Positions 9,703-20,158 of a DNA stretch of 64,000 nt are shown piece by piece. The DNA is from an uncultured Gemmatimonadales bacterium. GTDB lineage: Bacteria > Gemmatimonadota > Gemmatimonadetes > Gemmatimonadales > Gemmatimonadaceae. Numbering within the stretch: position 1 is the first letter of the stretch; each line of letters begins with the position of its first letter. The notes beneath the pieces were generated by a model. That model worked only from the letters and a program-made list of their open reading frames with translations, was not told where the DNA came from and did no database searches. The stretch spans positions 96,001 through 160,000 of the forward strand of contig CAWKMU010000003.1 in the NCBI GenBank assembly GCA_963850905.1. The letters run 5' to 3'. A program made the position numbers and the translations under genes.

Positions 9703-10872
9703 ATGCCCCGCCCGACCCGGCCGTTTGGCCTGTCGACGATCGCCGTTCATGGGGGGAACGAACACACAGACGCCTCGCCGACCGGAAACACCCCCGTCGT
9801 CACGCCGATCTACCAATCGGTCAACTACCAGCAGGAGTACGGGACCGGGGAAGGCCTCCGGTATCCGCGGTACGGGAATACACTCAACGCCGAGATCGTC
9901 CAGCGGCGACTCGCCCATCTCGAGGGCGCCGAAGCGGCGCTCGTCTTGTCGAGCGGGATGGCAGCGACGGCCTGTGCCCTCCTCGCGCTGCTGCGGCCCG
10001 GCGACCACCTCCTCGCGAGCGCCTGGATCTACGGCGGGACACACAAGCTCTTCGCCCAGGAGTTCACCAGCGTCGGGATCGAGGTCACCCTCGTCGACCC
10101 ACTCGAGACGCGGGCCTGGCGTAAGCAAGTCCGCCGCGAGACGCGGGCGATCTTCCTCGAGTCGCCGGTCAATCCAACGTGCCGCGTCCTCGATCTGCGA
10201 CCGGTCACACTGCTCACGAAGGATTCCGGGGTCGCACTTGTCGTCGATTCGACATTCGCCTCCCCGATCAATTTCCGCCCGCTCGAGCACGGCGCGGATG
10301 TCGTCATTCACTCGGCGACGAAATACCTGAGTGGCCACCACGACGTCCTGGCCGGCGCCGTCATGGGCACCGCCTCCTATATCGAGGAAGTGCGTCAGAA
10401 GATGATGGTGTGGGGCCAGGCACCCGACCCGTTCGGCTGCTGGCTCATCGAGCGGGGGCTCAAGACCCTCGACGTCCGGGTCCGGCGCCAAAACGAAACG
10501 GCCCAACAGATCGCCGAGTGGGGCGAGACGCGCAAGGAAATCCAGGCCGTGCACTATCCGGGACTGCCCAGTCACCCGGACCACGCCATCGCCGCCGAGC
10601 AACAATACGCCTTCGGCGGGATGCTCGCGATCGAGCTTGCGGGCGGCGGCAAGGCGGCGGACCGGTTCATCCGGCGTCTCACGATTTGGACGCATGCGCC
10701 TAGTCTGGGCGGCACCGAATCGCTCGTGTGCGAGCCACGCTACAACTCGCACGCCTCTCTCACCAGTGAGGAGCGTGCCGCGATTGGCATCCCGGACGGC
10801 TTCGTTCGCCTGAGCGTCGGTCTCGAGAACGCGGACGACCTCATCGCGGACCTGGAACAGGCGCTGCGATGA
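9703..10872 (+). CDS. PLP-dependent trans-sulfuration enzyme (cystathionine gamma-synthase / methionine gamma-lyase family)
   Basis: YPRYGN, SSGMAA, ESPVNP, VDSTFASP, HSATKYLSGHHD, SLGGTESL, RLSVGLE. Confidence 0.93.
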   Translation: MPRPTRPFGLSTIAVHGGNEHTDASPTGNTPVVTPIYQSVNYQQEYGTGEGLRYPRYGNTLNAEIVQRRLAHLEGAEAALVLSSGMAATACALLALLRPGDHLLASAWIYGGTHKLFAQEFTSVGIEVTLVDPLETRAWRKQVRRETRAIFLESPVNPTCRVLDLRPVTLLTKDSGVALVVDSTFASPINFRPLEHGADVVIHSATKYLSGHHDVLAGAVMGTASYIEEVRQKMMVWGQAPDPFGCWLIERGLKTLDVRVRRQNETAQQIAEWGETRKEIQAVHYPGLPSHPDHAIAAEQQYAFGGMLAIELAGGGKAADRFIRRLTIWTHAPSLGGTESLVCEPRYNSHASLTSEERAAIGIPDGFVRLSVGLENADDLIADLEQALR

Positions 10873-11660
10873 TCCGGCTGGAAGACGTCTCGAAGGCGTA
10901 TGTGCGGACCGGTTTAGCTCTCGACAGGGTTGCCCTGCACATCGCCAAGGGAGAATTCGTGTTCTTGACCGGCCCGAGCGGATCCGGCAAGAGCACCTTG
11001 CTCAAGATGATCTTCATGGAGGAACGCCCTACCACTGGCGAGGTGCGAGTCAGCGGCGTGAATTCCGCGACCCTCAAGCGCGGCGACGTCGCGCGTCTCC
11101 GGCGCAAGCTGGGGGTCGTCTTTCAGGACTTCCGACTCCTCGACGACCGCACCGCGCATGCGAACGTCGCGTTCGCGCTCGAGGTCACCGGCGCTGCGCG
11201 GGCGTCGATCCCGGCCAAGGTGAGCCGATTGCTCACGCAGGTCGGACTGGCCTCCAAGGGACAGGCATTTCCGCGGGAGCTGTCGGGAGGCGAGCAACAG
11301 CGGGTGGCGATCGCCCGCGCGCTCGTCAACGATCCCTTTGTCCTCATCGCCGACGAACCGACCGGGAACCTCGACGACCGCGCGACTCGCGGCGTGTTTC
11401 AGTTGCTGCGCGAGATCAACGCAGCCGGCACAGCGGTGGTCATGGCGACCCACAACCTCGAGTTGATCCGCCGGACCGAGTATCGCACGCTCGAGATGTT
11501 GCATGGTCGCCTCGTCAAGGACAGCGCGGACCGCACCGTCGCGGAACGCGCGGCCGCGAGGCGCGCGGAGGACGAGGCCGCGGCCCGTGCCCCGCGCGAG
11601 AGGGCCGCACCGGAAGAAGCTCCCGATGACGAGCCCGGGCTCCGGATGACCGCCCCGTGA
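10869..11660 (+). CDS. ftsE: Cell division ATP-binding protein FtsE
   Basis: [40 protein letters not shown]; directly upstream of ftsX. Confidence 0.93.
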   Translation: MIRLEDVSKAYVRTGLALDRVALHIAKGEFVFLTGPSGSGKSTLLKMIFMEERPTTGEVRVSGVNSATLKRGDVARLRRKLGVVFQDFRLLDDRTAHANVAFALEVTGAARASIPAKVSRLLTQVGLASKGQAFPRELSGGEQQRVAIARALVNDPFVLIADEPTGNLDDRATRGVFQLLREINAAGTAVVMATHNLELIRRTEYRTLEMLHGRLVKDSADRTVAERAAARRAEDEAAARAPRERAAPEEAPDDEPGLRMTAP

Positions 11661-12508
11661 AGCTCGCGCTGCGCGAGGTGCTCCTCGCGGTCCGTCGTGC
11701 ACCGCTGCTCAGCGTGTTGGGAGTCGTGACGATCGCCTTCTCGCTCTTCGCGTTTGGGCTTTTCGGCCTCGTCGCCATCAATATCCGAGACGCGCTGCGC
11801 CGCGTGGAAGAGCGGGTCGAGATCCGCGCCTTCATCGCCGATGCCACGCCGATCGAGGCCGTCGCCACCGCAATGGGCGATATCGGTGCGTTCCCAGAAG
11901 TCGCGCACGTGGACTACGTCTCACCCGACTCGGCGCTCGCGCGCGCCCGACGCGAGCTCGGTGAATTCGCGGATGTCTTCGAGGCAGGCGTGTTGCCCGG
12001 CTCGATCGAGATCCGGCTCAAGCCGGACTTTCGCGATCCCACGTCGGTCAAGGCCGTCGCCGGGCGCGTCGGCAGCTACTCATTTGTCGACGACGTGCGC
12101 TATGGCGAAGACTGGGTCACCAAGCTCTATCAGCTGCGCACCATCGCGACGGTCGTGGGACTCGTGCTCGGACTCGCGTTCGCGGCGGTCGCGATCATTA
12201 TCATCGGCACGACGATTCGCATGGCGGTGCTCGCGCGCGCGCGAGAGATCTCGATCATGCGACTGGTCGGTGCGACCGACGCGTTTGTCCGCCTCCCGTT
12301 CCTGATCGATGGCTTCGTCAAAGGCGTCTGCGGCGGAATCGCGGCCTTGATTCTCACCTGGCTTGCGAGCTCGCTGATCGACCGCGCGCTGGGGTTTCAG
12401 ACGGCCTTCTTCGCAACCGGCGTGGCGCTCCTTGGCGTCCTGTGCGGCGCGTTGATCGGTCTCGCCGGCAGCGCGCTGTCAGTTGGACGCCATCTGCGGC
12501 GTGTCTGA
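11657..12508 (+). CDS. ftsX: Cell division permease FtsX
   Basis: Four transmembrane segments; TIRMAVLARAREISIMRLVGATDAFVRLPFL. Confidence 0.93.
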   Translation: MKLALREVLLAVRRAPLLSVLGVVTIAFSLFAFGLFGLVAINIRDALRRVEERVEIRAFIADATPIEAVATAMGDIGAFPEVAHVDYVSPDSALARARRELGEFADVFEAGVLPGSIEIRLKPDFRDPTSVKAVAGRVGSYSFVDDVRYGEDWVTKLYQLRTIATVVGLVLGLAFAAVAIIIIGTTIRMAVLARAREISIMRLVGATDAFVRLPFLIDGFVKGVCGGIAALILTWLASSLIDRALGFQTAFFATGVALLGVLCGALIGLAGSALSVGRHLRRV

Positions 12509-13841
12509 GCCCGCGCCCCGTACGCGGCGCGGGCTGATACTGCTCGCGGTCGTCGCTGCAACGGGACTCGCCCCGTCGTGGCCCAGCTGGTTGGTTCGAG
12601 TCGCCACGTCGCTCGAGGCGCAGCAGCCCGCGACGACCGGCGGCGCCGCGCCGGCCTCACCCGCTCCTTCAGCTTCAACCCCCTCGCCCACCTCACCCGC
12701 GCCCGCCGCGACGGTGCCGACCGAGGCGAAGCTACGGTCCGATCGTGAGCAGCTCGACCGGATCCGCGCCGAGCGCGCGCAGCTCGAGCAGCGGATGGCG
12801 GATCTGCGGAGCAGCGTGCACGACCTCTCTGAAGAGCTCGACAATCTCGATCGCCAGGTGGACGCGACGGCCCGCGTCGTGCGTGCGCTCGATGAGCAGC
12901 TCGTGGGGATCACCGTTGAAGTGCGTGATGCGACGGGCCAGCTGGTGCGGGCCGAAGACGAGTTGGCGATCAAGCGGGCGATGCTGCGGCATCGCCTTGT
13001 GGACATCTACGAGCGCGGCCCGCTCTACACGACCGAGGCGCTCTTGACCGCCGAGTCGTTCGGGGCACTCGTCGCGCGCTACAAGTACCTCCATCTGCTC
13101 GCGCTGCGTGACCGGGCGTTGGTCGCCCGGGTCGAGCAGCTCCGCAATCAGGTCGGACAGCAGCGTCGGGTTCTTGTCGGGTTGCAAAACGACATCGAGG
13201 AGAATCGCACCGAAAAGACCCAGGAGGAGGACCGGCTGCGGTCACTGGTCGTCGAGCGAGAGCACAGCCTGGCGCAGGCCAAGCGCTCGCAGCAGGCCAC
13301 GGAGACCCGATTGGCGCAGATCGCGCTGGCGGAAAGCCGTCTCAGCACGGTGATCAATTCGATCGAGGAAGCCAGGCGCCGTGCGGCAAGCCGACCAAAT
13401 GCACCGACCGCGGCCGCCAGTACGCTCACGACTCGTGATCTCGGGAGTCTCGACTGGCCGGTCGACGGGACGATCCTGTACCGCTACGGTCGGGTTGTGA
13501 ACCCCAACAACACCACGACCCGCTGGAATGGGATCGGGATCGGCGCCCCGCTCGGTTCTCCAGTACGCGCCGTCGAGAGCGGTCTGGTGGTCGTCGCGGA
13601 GCCGATCGGCACCTATGGCCCGACCGTCATCGTGCAACATGGTGGCGGCGACTATTCGGTCTACGGCTCCTTGAGCCGCATCGATGTCCGCAAGGGCAGC
13701 CACGTTGACCGCGGGGATGTGCTGGGCGCAGTCGGACGCAGCGACCCCGACCTCCCCTCCCACCTGCACTTCGAGATCAGACGCGACCAGGGCCGCGCCG
13801 TCGATCCGCTCGAGTGGCTGCGCGGGGGTGTCTCGCGATGA
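12501..13841 (+). CDS. envC: Murein hydrolase activator EnvC-like (coiled coil plus M23 domain)
   Basis: Signal peptide, long coiled coil, WPVDG, WNGIGIGA, YSVYG, LHFEIR, VDPLEWL; follows ftsEX. Confidence 0.82.
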   Translation: MSEPAPRTRRGLILLAVVAATGLAPSWPSWLVRVATSLEAQQPATTGGAAPASPAPSASTPSPTSPAPAATVPTEAKLRSDREQLDRIRAERAQLEQRMADLRSSVHDLSEELDNLDRQVDATARVVRALDEQLVGITVEVRDATGQLVRAEDELAIKRAMLRHRLVDIYERGPLYTTEALLTAESFGALVARYKYLHLLALRDRALVARVEQLRNQVGQQRRVLVGLQNDIEENRTEKTQEEDRLRSLVVEREHSLAQAKRSQQATETRLAQIALAESRLSTVINSIEEARRRAASRPNAPTAAASTLTTRDLGSLDWPVDGTILYRYGRVVNPNNTTTRWNGIGIGAPLGSPVRAVESGLVVVAEPIGTYGPTVIVQHGGGDYSVYGSLSRIDVRKGSHVDRGDVLGAVGRSDPDLPSHLHFEIRRDQGRAVDPLEWLRGGVSR

Positions 13842-14722
13842 GCGACGCCGACCTCGCGCCACTCGGCGCGCATGTGTCGAGCGCCGGTGGCGTCGCCTCC
13901 GCGCCTGAGCGGGCCCGTGCGATCGGAGCAACGGCGATGCAGCTCTTCACCAAGATGGCCAATCGCTGGGCCGAGCGTGCGTGCGAACCCGATGAGTGCC
14001 GCGCATTCCGAGCGGCGCTGGCGTCGACGGCCGTGCGTGTCACGGTCGCGCACGACAGCTATCTGATCAACCTGGCATCGCCGGATTTGACGCTCCGCCA
14101 GCGCTCCCTGGCCTCGTTCATCAGTGAATTGGAGCGAAGCGAGGCCCTGGAGCTCGATTTCATTGTGTCGCACCCCGGCAATTACATGGATGATCGCGCG
14201 AGCGGACTCGCGCGCAACGCCGAGGCCATCGCGATGGCACTGGACGCCGTGCCGGGCCGCGTCCGGGTCTTGCTCGAGACCAATGCCGGCGCGGGCACGG
14301 GGCTTGGCGCATCGTTCGAAGAGTTGTCGGCGCTCGTGGCGGCAGTCGGCGCGACCCATCAGCCCCGGATGGGGGTGTGCGTGGATACCTGCCACGTCTA
14401 TGCAGCGGGCTACGACCTGGTCAACGACTTCGATGGCGTCTGGCAGCGCTTCGACGATGCGATCGGCTTCGACCGGCTACACCTCATGCATCTCAACGAC
14501 TCGAAGTTCGGCTTGGGAACCCACCGCGATCGGCATGAGCTGATCGCCGAGGGTCAGCTCGGTGAGAGCGTCTTCCGGCGGGTGATGACCGACGAGCGCC
14601 TCGCCCACGTCGCCAAGGTCATCGAGACACCCAAGCTGGAAGACGCCACGGCGACGGATACGCGCATGCTCACCCGTCTCCGCGAGTACGCCGCGCCTTC
14701 ACTGTCCGCACCGAACCGGTGA
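13838..14722 (+). CDS. nfo: Endonuclease IV
   Basis: GAHVSSAGG, HDSYLINL, HPG, LETNAG, DTCH, HLNDSK, DRH, IETP. Confidence 0.95.
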   Translation: MSDADLAPLGAHVSSAGGVASAPERARAIGATAMQLFTKMANRWAERACEPDECRAFRAALASTAVRVTVAHDSYLINLASPDLTLRQRSLASFISELERSEALELDFIVSHPGNYMDDRASGLARNAEAIAMALDAVPGRVRVLLETNAGAGTGLGASFEELSALVAAVGATHQPRMGVCVDTCHVYAAGYDLVNDFDGVWQRFDDAIGFDRLHLMHLNDSKFGLGTHRDRHELIAEGQLGESVFRRVMTDERLAHVAKVIETPKLEDATATDTRMLTRLREYAAPSLSAPNR

Positions 14723-14730
14723 TTCGGCGC

Positions 14731-14755
14731 GTAGGGGCGATGCATGCGTCGCCCT
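14731..14755 (+). repeat. GTAG-type REP palindrome
   Basis: gtaggggcgatgcatgcgtcgccct, just after the nfo stop. Confidence 0.85.
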
Positions 14756-14923
14756 GGTGCACCGTCCGCACGGCGTTGATCGGTCGACATTAGGCGCGAA
14801 CCATGCGTCCGTCGGATGATCAGCGGTCGGGTTCGCCCGCGCGTAGGATAATATTCAAGCGTATTCCCGCGACTGGCCCGGCCAGTCTGGTGTCAAGTCA
14901 GTGTCCTAACTAGCCTTAACGAG

Positions 14924-16561
14924 ATGACGACCCATATCCGAGTGCCCGGCGAGCCGGGCGCAGGGCCAAGCGCACGTGAGCCGTTGCAGGGTCTGCAACG
15001 CCAGGGCGTCGAACCCCGCGGTGCAGTGCATTGGAATTTGCTCCCGCCCAGCCTCGTCGAAGCCGCCGTGCGGCGCGGCGAGGGGCACCTGGCCGAAATG
15101 GGGCCGTTTGTTGGAGTCACGTCCCCCCACACCGGCCGCTCACCAAAAGACAAGTTTTTCGTTCGCGCGGGCACGTCCGCTGCCGACGTCGAATGGGGAA
15201 CCGTGAACCAGCCGATCGACGCACAGCACTTCGCGGTGCTGCTGGGCGACGTGCAGGCGTACTTGGGTGCGGCACCTGACCTCTTCGTTCAGGATCTCTA
15301 TATCGGCGCGGATCCCGCGCATCGGCTCCGGGTGCGATACGTGACGCCGAACGCATGGCACGCGCTGTTTGTCCGGAACATGTTCATCCGCCCCGTTCCG
15401 AGTGACCTTCCCGGTTTCGAGGAGAATTTTGCGGTCCTGCACGCGCCCGAGTTCCAGGCCGACCCTGCCCGCCACGGCACTCGAAGCGGCACCTTCATCG
15501 TCGTCGACCTCGAGAAGCGGCTGATCCTCATTGGGGGAACGCGGTACGCGGGCGAGTTGAAGAAGTCGATGTTCACGGTGATGAACTATCTCATGCCCAA
15601 GGCGGGCGTGCTGTCGATGCACTGCTCCGCCAACGTGGGCCCAGGTGGCGACACCGCGCTCTTCTTCGGGCTCTCCGGCACTGGCAAGACGACGCTCTCT
15701 GCCGACCCCGAGCGCCATCTGATCGGCGATGATGAGCACGGCTGGTCCGACGAGGGCGTGTTCAATTTCGAGGGCGGATGCTACGCCAAGGTGATCAACC
15801 TATCGGCTGAGGGTGAACCCGACATCTATCGTACGACCAGGATGTTCGGGACCGTGCTGGAGAACGTCGTGCTCGATCCAGTGACTGGCGCGGTCCGGTA
15901 CGGGGACCTGTCGATCACGGAGAACACGCGAGCGTCGTATCCTCTGGACTACATCCCGAAGCACGTCGCCAGCGGGCGGGGGGGACATCCTCGCAACATC
16001 GTCCTCCTGACGGCCGACGCCTTTGGCGTGTTGCCACCCATCGCGCGTCTCACTCCCGAGCAGGCGATGTACTACTTCCTCTCGGGCTACACGGCCAAGG
16101 TGGCCGGCACGGAGCGCGGCGTGACGGAGCCCCAGGCGACGTTCAGCGCCTGCTTCGGCGCGGTGTTCCTCGTCTGGCCAGCTACGAAGTACGCCACGAT
16201 GCTGGGAGAGCGACTCTCGCGCCATGGCGCCAAAGTGTGGCTGGTCAACACCGGATGGACGGGCGGTCCCTACGGTGTCGGCAAGCGAATGCCGCTGAAC
16301 CACACGCGGACGATGGTGCGATCGATTCTCTCTGGCGCGCTCGATAATGCGGCAACGGCCGCGGACCCCATTTTCGGTCTCGCCGTCCCGACGCACGTCC
16401 CTGGCGTCAGCGACGCCGTGCTGCGCCCGAGAGAGGCGTGGAGTGACCCGGCCGCGTACGATCAGCAGGCCCGCAAGCTGGCCGGGATGTTCCGATCCAA
16501 CTTCGAGAAATTCGCCAAGACAGTCGACTCCCGGGTGGCGGCGGCTGGGCCGAAAGGCTGA
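14924..16561 (+). CDS. pckA: Phosphoenolpyruvate carboxykinase (ATP)
   Basis: TGRSPKDK, YAGELKKS, FFGLSGTGKTTLS, LIGDDEHGW, ENTRASYP. Confidence 0.98.
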   Translation: MTTHIRVPGEPGAGPSAREPLQGLQRQGVEPRGAVHWNLLPPSLVEAAVRRGEGHLAEMGPFVGVTSPHTGRSPKDKFFVRAGTSAADVEWGTVNQPIDAQHFAVLLGDVQAYLGAAPDLFVQDLYIGADPAHRLRVRYVTPNAWHALFVRNMFIRPVPSDLPGFEENFAVLHAPEFQADPARHGTRSGTFIVVDLEKRLILIGGTRYAGELKKSMFTVMNYLMPKAGVLSMHCSANVGPGGDTALFFGLSGTGKTTLSADPERHLIGDDEHGWSDEGVFNFEGGCYAKVINLSAEGEPDIYRTTRMFGTVLENVVLDPVTGAVRYGDLSITENTRASYPLDYIPKHVASGRGGHPRNIVLLTADAFGVLPPIARLTPEQAMYYFLSGYTAKVAGTERGVTEPQATFSACFGAVFLVWPATKYATMLGERLSRHGAKVWLVNTGWTGGPYGVGKRMPLNHTRTMVRSILSGALDNAATAADPIFGLAVPTHVPGVSDAVLRPREAWSDPAAYDQQARKLAGMFRSNFEKFAKTVDSRVAAAGPKG

Positions 16562-16600
16562 CGCGCCCAGGCGTATTCGGTTCCAACTCAGACTGACGAT

Positions 16601-17908
16601 ATGAATCCGTGGGCGGCGTCACGGCCGCCCACGGTTGCTGTTGCTATCTCGGAACCCGGAACCCGTCGGTTGCTATTCCCGTCCTTTGAGATCGTCCGCG
16701 ACCCGCTGTGGAACAACATCAGGGTCGACGCGTTCACCATGCGGCTGGTCGACTCGCGCGTGGTGCAGCGACTCAGGTACGTACGGCAGCTTGGGCTCGC
16801 GTACCTGGTGTATCCCGGCGCCACGCATTCGCGGTTCGAGCACGCGCTGGGTACGTACCACCTGGCTCGTCGCACGCTGGCACTGCTGGCCGAGCGCGAC
16901 AGTCGCGTGCTCCAGGGTGACGAGGCCGCGATCGCATGTGCGGCAGCGGTCCTGCATGACGTCGGGCACTACCCATTCTCCCACGCCCTCGAAGAGATCG
17001 GCGCACCCAACCACGAAGACGTGGCTGCACCGCTCGTCACTGACGGCGAAGTCGCGGCAATCCTGGCATCCGAGCTCGGACCCGCCGCGCCCGGACGGGT
17101 GCTCGACCTGATCCGCGGACGGAGCTCGAGCGCGCTACAGGGGCTGATTTCAGGCTCGCTCGACCTCGACAAGATCGAGTACCTCAAGCGCGACGCCCTG
17201 ATGTGTGGCGTGCCATACGGCGAGATCGATGTCGATCGCTTGACGCACTCGCTCGTCTTGGTCCCGGACCCCGATACCGGGGCACCGACCGTCGGCGTCG
17301 TGGAGAAAGGACTCGCGGCGCTGGAGTCGTTGCTGTTCGCCAAATATCAGATGTATCGCAACGTGTATTGGCATCACGCCGTACGCAGCGCGACCGCGAT
17401 GTACAAGCGGCTGGTAAGTGACGCGTTGGCCGCGGGCGTGCTCCGTGCCGACTCGATCGTGCGATTCACCGATGAAGGGTTGTTGGATCATCTGGCGCGG
17501 CACGCGCCGTCCGCCCTGCTCGACGCGCTCCGTTACCGGCAGCTGTACAAGCGCGCGTTCGAATGCCCGGCGGCCGAGCTGCCGGACGGTGCCGGCGAAT
17601 GGATCGCGACGGATTGGGTGCGGGCCTCTACCGTCGCCGACCAGTTGGCCCAACGCGTGGGATTGTCGCGCGGCGAGTTGCTGCTCGACTTTCCGGTCAA
17701 GACGCAGATGCTGGGCTTGGACCTCCCCGTTCAACGTCGTTCCGGCGTCGTTCAACGCCTGCGGGCGGAGGGGCTGAACGGCTCGATCAATCTCCCGTCG
17801 CTCTCCAACGCCCTCTATCAATCCGCACGGTGGCTGCGCGTCTTCACCGCTCGACGCACCGCAGTCCCCGCCGCCGATGTCATGGCTGTCGTGCGGTCGG
17901 CGGCGTGA
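16601..17908 (+). CDS. HD-domain phosphohydrolase (dNTP triphosphohydrolase / SAMHD1-like)
   Basis: RDPLWNNI, QRLRYVRQLG, HSRFEHALG, LHDVGHYPFSH, DLDKIEYLKRD, MYRNVYWH. The true start may be near 16685. Confidence 0.9.
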   Translation: MNPWAASRPPTVAVAISEPGTRRLLFPSFEIVRDPLWNNIRVDAFTMRLVDSRVVQRLRYVRQLGLAYLVYPGATHSRFEHALGTYHLARRTLALLAERDSRVLQGDEAAIACAAAVLHDVGHYPFSHALEEIGAPNHEDVAAPLVTDGEVAAILASELGPAAPGRVLDLIRGRSSSALQGLISGSLDLDKIEYLKRDALMCGVPYGEIDVDRLTHSLVLVPDPDTGAPTVGVVEKGLAALESLLFAKYQMYRNVYWHHAVRSATAMYKRLVSDALAAGVLRADSIVRFTDEGLLDHLARHAPSALLDALRYRQLYKRAFECPAAELPDGAGEWIATDWVRASTVADQLAQRVGLSRGELLLDFPVKTQMLGLDLPVQRRSGVVQRLRAEGLNGSINLPSLSNALYQSARWLRVFTARRTAVPAADVMAVVRSAA

Positions 17909-17933
17909 CGTCACGATGCCTGTGGTCCGGCGG

Positions 17934-17957
17934 GTAGGGGCGACGCATGCGTCGCCC
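17934..17957 (+). repeat. GTAG-type REP palindrome
   Basis: gtaggggcgacgcatgcgtcgccc between convergent genes. Confidence 0.9.
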
Positions 17958-17986
17958 GCCGTTGTCCGCGCGTTCGGGCTCACCCA

Positions 17987-18695
17987 TCATCCCGGTCCAC
18001 CCCGCCGCCCCCTGGGCCCGCCGTTCAGGTAGTCCTCGTACGCCTCCGGCGTATCCAGATCGATCGCGCCGAGCGGAAACGGAACGGTGACGATTCGCTC
18101 GGTGTCGCGCTCGATCAGCGCGCGTGCACCATCGTGATCGCGGAGTGCGTGGAGCTCTGAGAAGACCGCGCGATCGAAGAGTGCGGGGACGCCCGCGATC
18201 CCCGCGTACGCCGACGCGATGATGAGTGCGTCGGACCCGCGATATGTCCGGCCAAGACGGCTCAACACCGCGGCGGAGAGGTGCGGTTGGTCGCACACGG
18301 AGACGATGACGCCGTCGGTCGCAGGCGCCAACGCGGTCAGACACTCGAGGCCGACCTTGATCGATGATCCGAATGCCGCGGGCCCATCCCGAGTGGTCCA
18401 CTGCGTGGACCGGCAGGTCGGCGATGTCGGAGGCTAGGGCATCGCCGGTCGCACCGAGAACGACGACCACCGGTCGCCCCGCGGATTCGACTGCGGCTCG
18501 CGCAGCGTGTCGGAGCAGCGACTCGCCTGATCCGACCGCGTCGCGTTGGGCGATGCGAAGCGCCTGCTTCGGCCGGCCCATGCGGCTCGAGCCGCCGGCG
18601 GCGAGCAGGATCACGCCAATGGCCGCGCGTCGAGGCCGACCTGCCGCAGCGCCCGCGCGCGCACGTGGGCTGGTGCGCGCGCGACGCATCGCCAC
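17987..18695 (-). CDS. MocA/MobA-like nucleotidyltransferase family protein (frameshift near 18370)
   Basis: The N part has LLAAGGSSRMGRPKQ; the C part, in another frame, has CDQP, GVPALF, DGARAL, DLDTPEAY. Removing one base restores WARGIGSSIKVG. Confidence 0.85.
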
Positions 18696-19226
18696 CTACT
18701 GCCAGCCCTCGCGCGCCCGCAACGCCGTGATGTGGGCGACGTGGTGGCGGCTGTGCCAGCCGTAGATCGCGAGTGCGTCGTCGAGCGTATACGCGCGCCG
18801 GTACTCGGGGTGGATGTAGCGCCGACCAAATGCCTCAGGCGTCATGCCCTCGAGCAGCGAGACCCAGCGGGTGTGCAGGTGGTCGAGCATCGCAAGGGAC
18901 ACCTCGATTGGCACCGCCGGGGTATCCCACAGCTGTGCCCACTTGGCCTCATCATACGCCATGATCGTCGGCGAGTCCTCGGTCAGTGCCTGCTTGAACC
19001 GGATGTACGCGTTCGCGTGGCTGTCGGGCACGTGGTGGACGACTTGCCGCACGGTCCACCCACCAGGCCGGTAGGGAGTGTCCAGCTGTTTCGGAGAGAG
19101 GCCGGCTACCACGGCGCGCAGGGCCGCCGGCCCCTGCGCGATGTCGGCGATCAGCGCTCGACGCCGCTCTGGCGTGAACGGCGTAGACAGATCAGGCTGT
19201 CCAATGGGATACCGGAGATCTGACAT
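18696..19226 (-). CDS. Bacillithiol S-transferase BstA/YfiT (DinB family)
   Basis: MSDLRYPIG, TPYRPGGWTVRQVVHHVPDSH, YDEAKWA, YGWHSRHHVAHI. Confidence 0.9.
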   Translation of the reverse strand: MSDLRYPIGQPDLSTPFTPERRRALIADIAQGPAALRAVVAGLSPKQLDTPYRPGGWTVRQVVHHVPDSHANAYIRFKQALTEDSPTIMAYDEAKWAQLWDTPAVPIEVSLAMLDHLHTRWVSLLEGMTPEAFGRRYIHPEYRRAYTLDDALAIYGWHSRHHVAHITALRAREGWQ

Positions 19227-19245
19227 GGGTGGTGGAGTCGGTGGG

Positions 19246-19989
19246 TTAAAGGACGTTGGGACTGCTATGCATGGGTCGGCCTTCGCTGTTCGGAGGCGTG
19301 TCGGCGCTCGACAAGCGGACGAGTGTCCCGTCGTCCAGACGGTGGCCACCCTCGAAGCTTAGCTGGCTCACGTTCAATCCGGCCCGCTGCATCGTCGACA
19401 CCGCGTCGGCGAGGCGTTCGGGAGTTGCAAACTCATCTCGAGTACCGGCCACCAGCCGAATGTGCGTGGCCCGAAACATCCGGAGATCTCCGCTCAGCAC
19501 ATCGTCGGGGACCAGGCCGCCCCAACAGACGAGCCGGTCCGCGCGTGTTCGAGAATGGGCGAGCCAGCGACAGATCGTCGCGACGCCTTGTGAGAACCCA
19601 AGTGCGGTCAACCGGAAGGTGTCGGACGAACGGGCCTTCAATGCGTCAACGATCGCATCGAGATATGCCACCTGGTCGGCGATCTCTGCTGCTCGGTCCT
19701 CGCGCGTCATCCATGAGGCACCGACCGGGCTTGTGGCGTGCGAGCCGCCGCGCGCCCGCTCCAGGTAGAACCGCGACAGCCCTTCGGGCGCCACGAGGAG
19801 CCGTCCGGGCGCATTCAGCACTCCCATGCGCTCGACGAACTCAGCCGCCAGCTGACCATATCCGTGGCAGGCGATCCACACGTCGTGGACGGCCGTTCCT
19901 GCCTCTCCAATCGTGTGATAGCGGGCCGTGCGCGCGACGGTGAGGTGATGCTCGTGGGCGGCGTGGCGCTCGCTGGTCTGGTGGCGCAT
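19246..19989 (-). CDS. Alpha/beta hydrolase (phospholipase/carboxylesterase)
   Basis: HGYGQ, GASWMTREDR, nucleophile motif GFSQG, GTRDEF, FEGGH. Confidence 0.88.
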   Translation of the reverse strand: MRHQTSERHAAHEHHLTVARTARYHTIGEAGTAVHDVWIACHGYGQLAAEFVERMGVLNAPGRLLVAPEGLSRFYLERARGGSHATSPVGASWMTREDRAAEIADQVAYLDAIVDALKARSSDTFRLTALGFSQGVATICRWLAHSRTRADRLVCWGGLVPDDVLSGDLRMFRATHIRLVAGTRDEFATPERLADAVSTMQRAGLNVSQLSFEGGHRLDDGTLVRLSSADTPPNSEGRPMHSSPNVL

Positions 19990-20158
19990 AGCTCAACAAA
20001 ACTATGCGGATTGGCGTCTGAGCGCCGGCCCCTGCGGCTGGAATGCGTTTTGCTCTTTGATACCAATATGTCGGCTGCCGGCTGGCGGTCCCTCTTCGAG
20101 GAGGCCCGCACCTGGCGCTCTGCGTGTACGAGACGACCGACCAGGGTCGGGACCCACC